Assembly: GCA_963666565.1 (NCBI GenBank)
Contig: OY762911.1
Coordinates: 64,001 to 128,000, forward strand
From: Thermoanaerobaculia bacterium
GTDB lineage: Bacteria > Acidobacteriota > Thermoanaerobaculia > Multivoradales > Multivoraceae
Direction: 5' to 3'
Length of the DNA stretch: 64,000 nt
Under the pieces are notes generated by a model. That model had not been told where the DNA came from. It saw nothing but the letters and a program-made list of their open reading frames with translations, and did no database searches. Below, piece by piece: positions 17,007 to 25,662 of this stretch. Made by a program: the position numbers and the translations under genes. Numbering within the stretch: position 1 is the first letter of the stretch; every line of letters begins with the position of its first letter.

Positions 17007-17885
17007 ATGAAGTCCTCCCCCGCGGCGCGGCTGCGCGCCCTCATCGACGCTCCCGGGCTCCGGGTGATGCCCTGCTGCTTCGACGCGCTCTCCGCCCGGC
17101 TCATCGAGCAGGCGGGATTCGAGCTGACCTTCATGAGCGGGTTCGCCGTCTCCGCCAGCCGCCTGGGCATGCCGGACACGGGTCTTATCTCCTTCGGCGA
17201 GATGATCGACCAGGGCCGCAACATCTGCGCGGCCACCCGGCTGCCGGTGATCGGCGACGGCGACACCGGCTACGGCAACGCCCTGAACGTCAAACGCACG
17301 GTCAGAAGCTACGCCGCCGCCGGCTTCGCGGGCGTGATGATCGAGGACCAGGAGGCGCCCAAGCGGTGCGGACACACGCGGGGCAAGCGGGTCGTCTCCC
17401 GCGCCGAGGCCCTGTCGCGGATCCGCGCCGCGGTCGACGCGCGCGAGGAAGGCGCGGACATCCTGGTCATGGCCCGCACCGACGCTCGCGCCACCGACGG
17501 ACTCGACAAGGCCATCGCCCGTTGCCGGGCCTTCGCCGACCTCGGCGCGGACATCCTCTTCCTCGAAGGTCCGCGGTCCGAGAGCGAGATGGTCGCGTTC
17601 TGCGAGGCGGTCCCCGGCCCGAAGATGGCGAATCTGGTCGAGGGAGGCGACACGCCGCTCCTGCCACCCAAGCGGCTCGAAGAGATCGGCTACAGGATCG
17701 CGGCCTACCCGCTGACGCTTCTCTCCGCCACCACCGCGGCGATGCTCGAAGCACTTGAGGCGCTGGCGAGAGGAGACCAGCCCGTGAACGCCGTGGACTT
17801 CGAGCGTCTTCGCGCCATCGTCGGATTCGAGGACTACGACGCCGAGGCCGAGCGCTATCGCGTGGCGGATGAGGGAGACCGATGA
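17007..17885 (+). CDS. Isocitrate lyase/PEP mutase-family protein (2-methylisocitrate/dimethylmalate lyase-like)
   Basis: DGDTGYG, IEDQ..PKRCGH, ARTDA motifs. Confidence 0.93.
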   Translation: MKSSPAARLRALIDAPGLRVMPCCFDALSARLIEQAGFELTFMSGFAVSASRLGMPDTGLISFGEMIDQGRNICAATRLPVIGDGDTGYGNALNVKRTVRSYAAAGFAGVMIEDQEAPKRCGHTRGKRVVSRAEALSRIRAAVDAREEGADILVMARTDARATDGLDKAIARCRAFADLGADILFLEGPRSESEMVAFCEAVPGPKMANLVEGGDTPLLPPKRLEEIGYRIAAYPLTLLSATTAAMLEALEALARGDQPVNAVDFERLRAIVGFEDYDAEAERYRVADEGDR

Positions 17886-17892
17886 CCGGCCG

Positions 17893-19131
17893 CTATCCGT
17901 CGGCCGCAATCGTCTGTCGCTGAATGAAGCGGTCGAGCAGGGGAACCGCGAACGAGTAGCGGCCGTGGCGGTTCCTGAACACCAGCCCCTGCGCGGCGAG
18001 ATTCGAGAGCATCTGGTTGACGTGACTGGCGCTGAACGGCTTCGAGAGGGCCGCGGATCCCTGGACGATGCCCCGCACGCTGAACTCGCCATCGCTATGG
18101 TCGAGGTGGGCGACCACCCACAACAGTTCCCGTTGGCGATCCGTCAGTCGAGACCAGCGGCCCGAGAAGAAATCGGCGTCCAGTTTCTGCTCGATCTCCG
18201 CCACCGGCACCGACGCGGTCTCGCCCCGGTCCGCTCGCTGCGTGAACACGTCGTACACCTCGCGGCAAATGAACTGAATGAAGTAGGGATAGCCTCCCGA
18301 CATCCGGACGATCGTGCGCACCGAGTCGTCGGTGAGCCGGAGGGGACAGCGGGCGTCGGAGACGGGCCTGAGGATTGCCTCTTCGCTTTCCGCTTCGCTC
18401 AGGCGGTCCAGGAAACGGACCCGGAACATTCGCTCGGCATACGTTCGCGAGGCGACCAGCTTCGGGAAGAGCGTCGGAAGTCCGACCAGCACCAGCATCA
18501 GCGGCAAACCCTGCCGCTGCAGCGACTGAAAGCAGTCCAGCAGCAGGGCCACCGGAAACTCCTCGTGCCGCGGCTGATCCGACAGATTCTGGGCCTCGTC
18601 GTAGGCGAAGACGATACCCCTCGGCTTCGACGGCGCGGCGGAAACGGCTCTCCAGGTCGCTCGCAGCACCGTCTTCAGCCGGTCGACAGACAAACCCGGA
18701 CTCTCCCGATAGAGACGGCGGAGCGTCTGGTAGTCGAGACGCCGCTCGACCGTGACCTCCCGCCCGCCGAATCCGGGTTCCTGCCGGCGCTCGACCGTCG
18801 CCGCGAAGCCGGACGTGAAGGGAGCGAGGTCCGTGCACAGGCGCACCGCCAGGCGATCCTCCCGCAGGCTCGCGGACTCGGAAAGGTCGGCGCCCACCCA
18901 CAACCAGTCGGCCGCGCGGGCCAGCGGCCGGAGAGTCTCCAGCAGCACAGTCTTCCCTACTCCGCGAAGGCCGGTGACGATGAGGTTCTCGAAGACCGGG
19001 TCTTGTCCCAACAGCCGCTCGAACTCCTGCTGCTCCTCCGTCCGGCCGGCGAGCCACGGCGGCAGGTGACCGGCGCCCGGGCGAAACGGGTTCAGGAAGG
19101 AGTTTGCACTCGTCTGGCTTGATTTAGACAC
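17893..19131 (-). CDS. AAA ATPase with C-terminal winged helix (AAA_16/archaeal ATPase-like)
   Basis: NPFRPG..P..LAGR, Walker A GLRGVGKT, Walker B YDEAQ, GGYPYFIQ. Confidence 0.9.
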   Translation of the reverse strand: MSKSSQTSANSFLNPFRPGAGHLPPWLAGRTEEQQEFERLLGQDPVFENLIVTGLRGVGKTVLLETLRPLARAADWLWVGADLSESASLREDRLAVRLCTDLAPFTSGFAATVERRQEPGFGGREVTVERRLDYQTLRRLYRESPGLSVDRLKTVLRATWRAVSAAPSKPRGIVFAYDEAQNLSDQPRHEEFPVALLLDCFQSLQRQGLPLMLVLVGLPTLFPKLVASRTYAERMFRVRFLDRLSEAESEEAILRPVSDARCPLRLTDDSVRTIVRMSGGYPYFIQFICREVYDVFTQRADRGETASVPVAEIEQKLDADFFSGRWSRLTDRQRELLWVVAHLDHSDGEFSVRGIVQGSAALSKPFSASHVNQMLSNLAAQGLVFRNRHGRYSFAVPLLDRFIQRQTIAADG

Positions 19132-19230
19132 GGGGATAATGTTAGTGAGGCGGCGATGGACGTGTCAATTCGGCGGGCGGCTCCGCTCCTCCAGCGGCGA
19201 CGAACGGGAGACCGCTCGCGTCTGTCACGC

Positions 19231-19572
19231 TCAGTTCGGCGCTGTTTCAATGCCGAGCGCCGTTGCGAGGGCCTCGTCCACCTCGGTCATTCTGGCGTGC
19301 GGCAGATCGCCCACGAAGCCGGTGAGCTTCGACTTGAGCATCAAGGTCAGGAAGTCGCAGCGGACCGAGCAGTCCGCTGGCAGGCCGTCGGCGGGTCCCA
19401 GTGCCACTTCGGTCGACAGGCCGAGGTACTGCCGGTAGATCGGAGCACAGACCACCGTGGAGACGTCCTCGTTCCCGGCGATGAAGGCGCGGGACACGAC
19501 GACATAGAAGCCTGGCTTGCCACCCCTCTCAGGCAGTCGTTCCCGGGTCCGGTAGATGGCGCCTCGCTTCAA
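19231..19572 (-). CDS. mazF: PemK/MazF-family toxin
   Basis: KRGAIY...KPGFYVVVS...CAPI...GLP.DCSVRCD. Confidence 0.88.
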   Translation of the reverse strand: MKRGAIYRTRERLPERGGKPGFYVVVSRAFIAGNEDVSTVVCAPIYRQYLGLSTEVALGPADGLPADCSVRCDFLTLMLKSKLTGFVGDLPHARMTEVDEALATALGIETAPN

Positions 19573-19805
19573 GGCGGTGCCTGTTCGGCAACGAGGGCTG
19601 TCAGTTCGGCCGCCAGAGACTCCTTGTGCTCCTGGATGATCCGCCGCTCACGATCCTCCTCGCGCAGGCGTCGCTCACGCGCCACATGTCCGGCCAGCGC
19701 GGCTCTGACCAGAGCAGAACGACTGGAGTAACGGTCGGACGACGCCGTCAGCTCGTCCACGCGGTCCAGGGTCTCTTCGTCGATGGTCACTGCAATGGTC
19801 TTCAT
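19569..19805 (-). CDS. CopG/RHH antitoxin
   Basis: MKTIAVTIDEETL...SRSALVRAAL; 4-bp overlap with toxin. Confidence 0.85.
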   Translation of the reverse strand: MKTIAVTIDEETLDRVDELTASSDRYSSRSALVRAALAGHVARERRLREEDRERRIIQEHKESLAAELTALVAEQAPP

Positions 19806-19814
19806 ATTGGAGAC

Positions 19815-19842
19815 AGTATTGGACGAGAAGCGATGGAGTCAA
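19815..19842 (-). promoter_or_regulatory. Putative sigma70 promoter of the RHH-MazF operon (near-leaderless)
   Basis: TTGACT-16 bp-AATACT about 10 nt before ATG; TATTGGA direct repeats overlap the -10 and start. Confidence 0.4.
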
Positions 19843-19880
19843 TACCCGGGCACCCGTCCCTGCGAGTAGCATCCGCGTCC

Positions 19881-21232
19881 ATGTCTGACGCCCCCGGACT
19901 CCTTGCCCCCCGGTCGGGATTCTCGACAACCGTTCCAGGGGAGCAGCCGGCGACTTCCTCAAGGCCCACTTGAAGGACGGCACCGAGCTCTCGGTGGTGT
20001 CCGCCTACTTCACGATCAGCGCCTACGAGGCGCTGAGAGAGGAACTGGAACGCGTCGAGGGGATGCGGTTCCTCTACGGTGCACCGCAACACCTGCGGGC
20101 CTTGGCGCGGGACAAACGGCCGGCAAGGGCCTTCGGGCTGACGGAACGGGGTCTCGCGCCCAGTCGGCAACTCACGCAGCGCGCCGACGCCAAGCGCTGC
20201 GCCGCCTGGATCCGTCGCAAGGCCGAGATCCGCTCGGTCAAAGACGACCTGCTGCACGGCAAGCTCTTCCACGTCCAAGGCACCCGGGCGGACGCCCTGA
20301 TTGGCAGCTCGAACTTCACCCTTCCCGGGCTCGGTCTCCACGAACGGAAGAACGTCGAGTTGAATCTCGTGGTCGACAGTGACCGGGATCGCAACGACCT
20401 CCTCGCGTGGTTCGAGGAATGGTGGACCGACGACCAGCGAACCGAGGACGTGAAGGACCGCGTGCTGCGCGAGCTGGAACTTCTTCACCGCAACCACTCG
20501 CCCGCGTTCATCTACCTGAGCTTGACCCTCTTCCACATCTTCGGCGCGGAACTGGCCGACCTCGCCGGAACGGACGAGGATGTCGACCGACGCGGTCTGG
20601 GTCGGTCCGAGATCTGGCGCTCGCTCTTCGAGTTCCAGCGAGAGGCCGTGAAGATCGTCATCGATCGGGTGAAACGGCTGAACGGCTGCATCCTCGCGGA
20701 CAGCGTCGGCCTCGGGCTGCCCGGCAACCCGTTGCTGGCCGAGCCGATGTACCTGCTCCGCTACATCGAGAAGATGGGTACCGGGATCGTCGACATGATC
20801 CGGCGCTGCGCCGAGGCGGGTCTGCCCGAACCCGAGTTCGATGTCGGCGTGGGGTTCGCCGTACGGATATGGCGACCAGGCGGCGCAACGACTCGCGGAG
20901 CGAGTTCAACGGCCCGAGGCGCTACCCCGAAGTCTGGCCGGACTACCCGGAAGACCGGCGAAACTACCCAAGAAACGAGGCCGACCACCCAAGAGACTAC
21001 CCAGGAAACGGCCCCGACTACCCAAGAAACTACCCAAGAAACGGCCCCGACTACCCAAAAGACCGTACGGGACCAGATCCTGGACCACCTGAAGGCTGAG
21101 CCCGGGCTGACCCGGAAGGAGCTCGTCGACCTGACGCCGGACGGAGTGAAGTACCACCTGGACAACCTGAGAGCGGCCGGAGCCATCCGCCGCGTCGGCT
21201 CAACGAAAGCGGGCCGCTGGGAGGTCCTCTGA
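19881..21232 (+). pseudogene. Chimera: PLD-nuclease/SNF2 helicase N-terminus fused to HATPase_c_4-like + TTQE repeats + HTH C-terminus
   Basis: SAYFTI, LHGK...GSSNFT, ILADSVGLG cut before KT, then GNPLLAEPMYLLRYIEKMGTG and GAIRRVGSTKAGRWEV; likely frameshift in C6 run 19906-19911. Confidence 0.8.
20941..21064 (+). repeat. Coding tandem repeats (ACTACCCAAGAA; 12/21/33-bp units)
   Basis: Encodes TTQETRPTTQETTQETAPTTQETTQETAPTTQKT. Confidence 0.85.
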
Positions 21233-21258
21233 TCGGCGCGGGCCGGTCGACGCCGCCC

Positions 21259-22659
21259 TCAGTCCACCTCCCACTTTCCCGCCTCCTCCATCGCCTTCCG
21301 GTACGCCGACAGGCAGTACCAGAACAGGAGCGCGCCCGCCGGCTTGAAGATCGCCTGCATCGTGGCGAGCGAGTAGTGGACCTTGCCGTCGTCCTGGAAG
21401 AGGAAATCGGTGAAGGCGGCCAGCGTGCTGGTGCCGAAGGCCATGCCGATGAAGCTGGTCAGGAAGATGTAGAAGGCCGTGGCCTGGCCGCGCATCTGGT
21501 TGGGCGTGATCGGCTGGAACGCGGCCGCCATCACGCCGAGGTAGGCGCCCGAGAAGATCATCCCGGGGATCAGCACCAGCAGGGTGAGCGTCGCGCTGCC
21601 CACCAGCGGCGCCGCGACCGAGGGCGGCGTGGCGATCAGGGTCGTGGCCAGCAGGGTGCGCACGTAGGCGTCCTTGTAGCCGCGTGCCGCGAGGCGGTTG
21701 GCGATCCAGGGCGCGACCATGATGCCGACGACCCCGGTGACGATCAAGATCGTCCCGTAGCTCGTTCCGGCGTCCCCGCGGCTCAGGCCGTAGTTGCGGA
21801 CGAGGAACTCCGGGTACCACGCGGCGGAACCGTAGCCGGCCATCGCCAGCATGGACGAGCCGATGAAGAGCGGCAGGTAGACGCGCTTGCGCTCCCAGAT
21901 GAACCTGACGAACTCGGAAACCGGCAGACGCTCCCGTCCGCTCCGTGAAACCGCCATCTCCTTGCGCTGCGGCTCGACCATCGTGAGCAGCAGGAGCGCC
22001 AGCAGAACCCCGGGCAGGCCGACCGTCACCAGGGTCGCCTGCCAGGGTTGCAGCGTGCCGATGACCGGCAGGTCGATCGGACCGATGCGTGTGTAGTAGT
22101 CGATCAGCAGGCCGCCGATCACCAGGGCGAAGCCGCCGCCGACCCGCACGCCCGTCTTGTAGAAGGACATCGCGTAGCCGAAGTGGGCCGGGCGGTAGCT
22201 GTCGGTGATGATCGAGTAGGCGGGCGGAGCGAGCCCGGCCTCGCCGGCGCCGACCGCCATCCTCGAAGCGAAGAGTTGCGACACGCTGTTGGCCAGGCCG
22301 CCCGCCGCCGTCGCCAGGCTCCAGAAGGCGACGCTGGCGGCGACGATGACCCTGCGCGAGTAGTGGTCGGCGAGCCGGCCCAGGGGAAAGCTGGCGAAGC
22401 TGTACACCAGCGCGAACGCGGCGCCGGCAAGCAGGCTGTACTGGAAGTCGGTGATCCCGAACTGCTCCCGGATCGGGCCGACCAGGAGGGAGAGGATGTT
22501 GCGGTCGAGAAACGACAGCACGTAGGCGAGGAACAGGAGGACGACGCCGTAGTTGGCGGCGCCCAGGGACGGGTAGCCGGCGTCACGGTCCGCGACCGCG
22601 GCGGCGCCGGCGGAGCTTCCACCGCCGCTCCCGCCGGTCGTTCCCGTCTCGACGGTCAC
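21259..22659 (-). CDS. MFS transporter (spinster/ACS-like)
   Basis: SFLDRNIL, GRLADHYSRR, VGAGEA motifs; multiple TM helices. Confidence 0.93.
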   Translation of the reverse strand: MTVETGTTGGSGGGSSAGAAAVADRDAGYPSLGAANYGVVLLFLAYVLSFLDRNILSLLVGPIREQFGITDFQYSLLAGAAFALVYSFASFPLGRLADHYSRRVIVAASVAFWSLATAAGGLANSVSQLFASRMAVGAGEAGLAPPAYSIITDSYRPAHFGYAMSFYKTGVRVGGGFALVIGGLLIDYYTRIGPIDLPVIGTLQPWQATLVTVGLPGVLLALLLLTMVEPQRKEMAVSRSGRERLPVSEFVRFIWERKRVYLPLFIGSSMLAMAGYGSAAWYPEFLVRNYGLSRGDAGTSYGTILIVTGVVGIMVAPWIANRLAARGYKDAYVRTLLATTLIATPPSVAAPLVGSATLTLLVLIPGMIFSGAYLGVMAAAFQPITPNQMRGQATAFYIFLTSFIGMAFGTSTLAAFTDFLFQDDGKVHYSLATMQAIFKPAGALLFWYCLSAYRKAMEEAGKWEVD

Positions 22660-22735
22660 CGGATCGGGCCGGCGCCCCTCGCCCCTCGCGCCGGTCGCCG
22701 AGGGCAGGAAAGCGCCAGGAGGCCGCCACAGTCGA

Positions 22736-24271
22736 TCAAGGCGCGAAACGCCCGACGATCGGGCGACCGGGGTTGACTCCCTCCACGGTCTCGCCGTCCC
22801 GCACGACGAACACGCCGTTCACCATCGTGTGGACGATGCCCTCCGAGAACGAGAGCCCGCCCTCGAACGTGGCGGTGTCGATCACCGTCTCCGGGTCGAA
22901 CACCACGATGTCCGCGTCGGCGCCGACCTGGATCCGCCCCTTGCTCCCCATCTGCTCGGACACCGTCGCCACCCGATCCGCCGGGAGCAAGGTCATCTTC
23001 AGCAGGGCCGTCATCAGGTCGAGCGTGCCCCGCTCGCGCACGTACCGCCCGAGAATCCGGGAGTAGGTGCCCGCCGTCCGCGGGTGCGCTCCCGGGGCGT
23101 ACGGCATGCCGTCGGAGGCGACGATCACCCAGTCGTTGGCCAGGGCCGTCTCGATCCACTCCTCCTTCATGACGTGGAGGATCACGGTTCCCCCGTCGCG
23201 GCGATACCGCTCGAAGGTCTCCTTCGTCAGCCTCTCTCCGGTCTCCTCCCACTGCAGGTCGCCGTAGTCGATCGCCAGGCGGTCCTGCCAGCCCTCGTCG
23301 AAGATGGACGACTCCAGACTGGTCGAGCCGGCGGTGTAGGGGTACGCCTCCGTCGTCACGTCGAGCCCCAGTCGGCGTGCGCCGCCGATCAGGTCGAGGA
23401 CGATGTCGATGTCGCCCAGCGACATGCTGTTGACGTGCACGATGTGCAGGGGCGCCCCGGTGGCGACCGCGTTGGCCAGGACTTCCTGCATCGCGTCGAT
23501 GCCCATGGAGCGCACGTGCGTGTGGATGGTGGCCCGCTTCTCGCCGGCGAACCGGAAGACCTCGAAGATCTCGCGGCGACTCGCGCCGGGGTAGTACTGG
23601 GTCGCCATCCCGATGCCCAAGCCGCCCTGCTCGAGGCCGCCCTGCAGATGCTCCAGCATGGCCGGGAAGCGCTCGGGCGGCAGTTCCGAGTAGTACGTCC
23701 TTTGCGCGGAATCGCGCATGGAGTCGAGCGGTTCGTCCTCGGCGCTAGCCACCCGGAAGGCCGCCGCGAGGTCCGCGCGCTCCTCCTCCGGGACGATCTC
23801 CAGGCCCCTCAGGGCGCCGTGGTTGACCGCGGCGCCGTAGTTCACGAGCGACCTGCCCCGCCTCGACTCCAGGAACGACTCGACGTCCGGCACGCCCCAT
23901 TCGAGCTCCAGCGCCGTGGTCACGCCGTCCCGCGCCTGGTACTCGTGCGCCCGCGGACCCTGGCCGTGGGCGTGGAGGTCGACGAAGCCCGGGGCCAGCA
24001 CCAGGCCGGCGGCGTCGATCAGGACGCCTCCGTCGGCGAGCGAGTCCGCGAGGGGCTCCTCCGTGACGGCGGCGATGACGTCGCCGCGGATGCCGACGTT
24101 CCTGACCTCGTCGAGTCTGCGCTCGGGGTCGATGACGCGGGCGGCCTGGAAGACGACGTCGAACTGCTGCGTACCGGCTTCGCCGCTGTCGTTGGTGGCG
24201 GGATTGCAGGCGAGGAGAAGTGCGGCGAGGAAGGGGGCCGCTATCGCTGACGATGCGTGGGTTTTGAGCAT
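22736..24271 (-). CDS. Amidohydrolase, D-aminoacylase/N-acyl-D-glutamate deacylase-like lipoprotein
   Basis: Lipobox LLAC; PGFVDLHAH, HTH, EAYPY, ASDG, HPR, KGRIQVGADADIVVFD. Confidence 0.9.
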   Translation of the reverse strand: MLKTHASSAIAAPFLAALLLACNPATNDSGEAGTQQFDVVFQAARVIDPERRLDEVRNVGIRGDVIAAVTEEPLADSLADGGVLIDAAGLVLAPGFVDLHAHGQGPRAHEYQARDGVTTALELEWGVPDVESFLESRRGRSLVNYGAAVNHGALRGLEIVPEEERADLAAAFRVASAEDEPLDSMRDSAQRTYYSELPPERFPAMLEHLQGGLEQGGLGIGMATQYYPGASRREIFEVFRFAGEKRATIHTHVRSMGIDAMQEVLANAVATGAPLHIVHVNSMSLGDIDIVLDLIGGARRLGLDVTTEAYPYTAGSTSLESSIFDEGWQDRLAIDYGDLQWEETGERLTKETFERYRRDGGTVILHVMKEEWIETALANDWVIVASDGMPYAPGAHPRTAGTYSRILGRYVRERGTLDLMTALLKMTLLPADRVATVSEQMGSKGRIQVGADADIVVFDPETVIDTATFEGGLSFSEGIVHTMVNGVFVVRDGETVEGVNPGRPIVGRFAP

Positions 24272-24292
24272 GAAGCGTCTCCCTCTCGAAGC

Positions 24293-24390
24293 GGAGCCGG
24301 CCTGACGGCCGGCGCCCTCTCTTCCCCGGGTCAGAAGACCCGGGGTCACCTGCCTTCGGCGGCAGCGGGTCAGAAGACCCGCGCACCCAG
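24293..24390 (+). repeat. Composite REP-like element, family A
   Basis: ggagccggcc..ggccggcgc head shared with the 8932 copy; two GGTCAGAAGACC hairpins. Confidence 0.8.
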
Positions 24391-24468
24391 TCGAAATCCC
24401 GTCGATGGTATACACCACGACTGCGCCACAGCCACAGCCGACCGATCCCAACCTGGGAGCCACGAGCC

Positions 24469-25662
24469 ATGCCAAAGGCAACACCCGCGCGTACCCGCCT
24501 GTCACGCCGAACGCTGCTGGGGCAAGGCGCCGGGGCGGGCGCTCTCCTCGCCGCGTCGACGGTCGGCGCGCCGTACCTCGCCTTCGGCAGACACCGGCTG
24601 TTCGCCCAGAGCGAGGAGCGGTACTCTACGCGGGCGGTCGACCTCGTCGGCGACTCGCTGGTCATCGACATGCTGAGTCCGCTCACGCTGGCGTCGTCGA
24701 CCATGCGGGCCTGGTACGGCAACCCGGAGAACATCCCCGAATCCTTCTGGGACGATCTCGACCGTTCCGGGATCGACGCCGTTCTCGACGCGGTGGGGAC
24801 CGGCCCCTTCGGCGCCAGGGAGTCCGTCCTGGAGCGGGTGGCGGGAGTCAACGGCGTCGTCGCGCACAACGGACACCGGATGCTCCGCGTCTCTCGCGCC
24901 GCTGACCTCGACGAGGCGGCGCGAAGCGGCCGCGTCGGCATGATCTTCGGCGTGCAGAACGCCGATCACTTCCACTCCGTGGAGGACGTCGACTACTTCT
25001 ACGGGCTCGGCCAGCGCGTGTCGCAGTTGACCTACAACGCGCGCAACCTGATCGGTACCGGATCGACCGACCGGATCGACGGCGGCCTGTCGAACTGGGG
25101 GGTCGCGATCGTCGAGCGGATGAACGATGTCGGGATGGCCGTGGACGTGTCGCACTGCGGCGACCGCACGTCGCTCGACGCCTTCGAGGCCTCGAAGAAG
25201 CCCGTCCTGGTCACCCACTCGAACGTCCGGGCGCTCGCGGACGGTCACGTCCGCTGCAAGCCGGACGAGGTCATCGACGCGGTCAGGAAGGCCGGCAGCG
25301 TCTTCGGCGTGACGAACATTCGGATGTTCGTCAAGGCCGACGAGCCGACGACCGTCGAGCACTATCTCGACCACTTCGACTACCTGACGAAGCGGATCGG
25401 CGCCGAGCACGTCGGCATCGGCAGCGACATCGACCTCTACGGCTACGACGACATGCCGAAGGCGGACTACGAGCGGCTCAAGGCCGCCTACCAGCAGGGC
25501 AAGTACCGTTTCCGGGACCAGATCGACATCCCGGAGGTGGCGCACCCCCAACGGGTCTTCGACCTCACCGAGGGCCTGATCCGGCGGGGCTACACGGACC
25601 CCGACATTCGGGGCATCCTCGGCGGCAACTTCCGCCGGGTTCTGGAGGAGATCTGGGGATGA
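24469..25662 (+). CDS. Membrane dipeptidase (M19), Tat-exported
   Basis: SRRTLL Tat signal; QLTYN, VDVSH, THSN, HVGIGSD, GGNFRRV. Confidence 0.9.
   Translation: MPKATPARTRLSRRTLLGQGAGAGALLAASTVGAPYLAFGRHRLFAQSEERYSTRAVDLVGDSLVIDMLSPLTLASSTMRAWYGNPENIPESFWDDLDRSGIDAVLDAVGTGPFGARESVLERVAGVNGVVAHNGHRMLRVSRAADLDEAARSGRVGMIFGVQNADHFHSVEDVDYFYGLGQRVSQLTYNARNLIGTGSTDRIDGGLSNWGVAIVERMNDVGMAVDVSHCGDRTSLDAFEASKKPVLVTHSNVRALADGHVRCKPDEVIDAVRKAGSVFGVTNIRMFVKADEPTTVEHYLDHFDYLTKRIGAEHVGIGSDIDLYGYDDMPKADYERLKAAYQQGKYRFRDQIDIPEVAHPQRVFDLTEGLIRRGYTDPDIRGILGGNFRRVLEEIWG

Noticed and set aside
20941-21064. CRISPR array
   Set aside because: Tandem in-frame coding repeats without unique spacers; no cas genes
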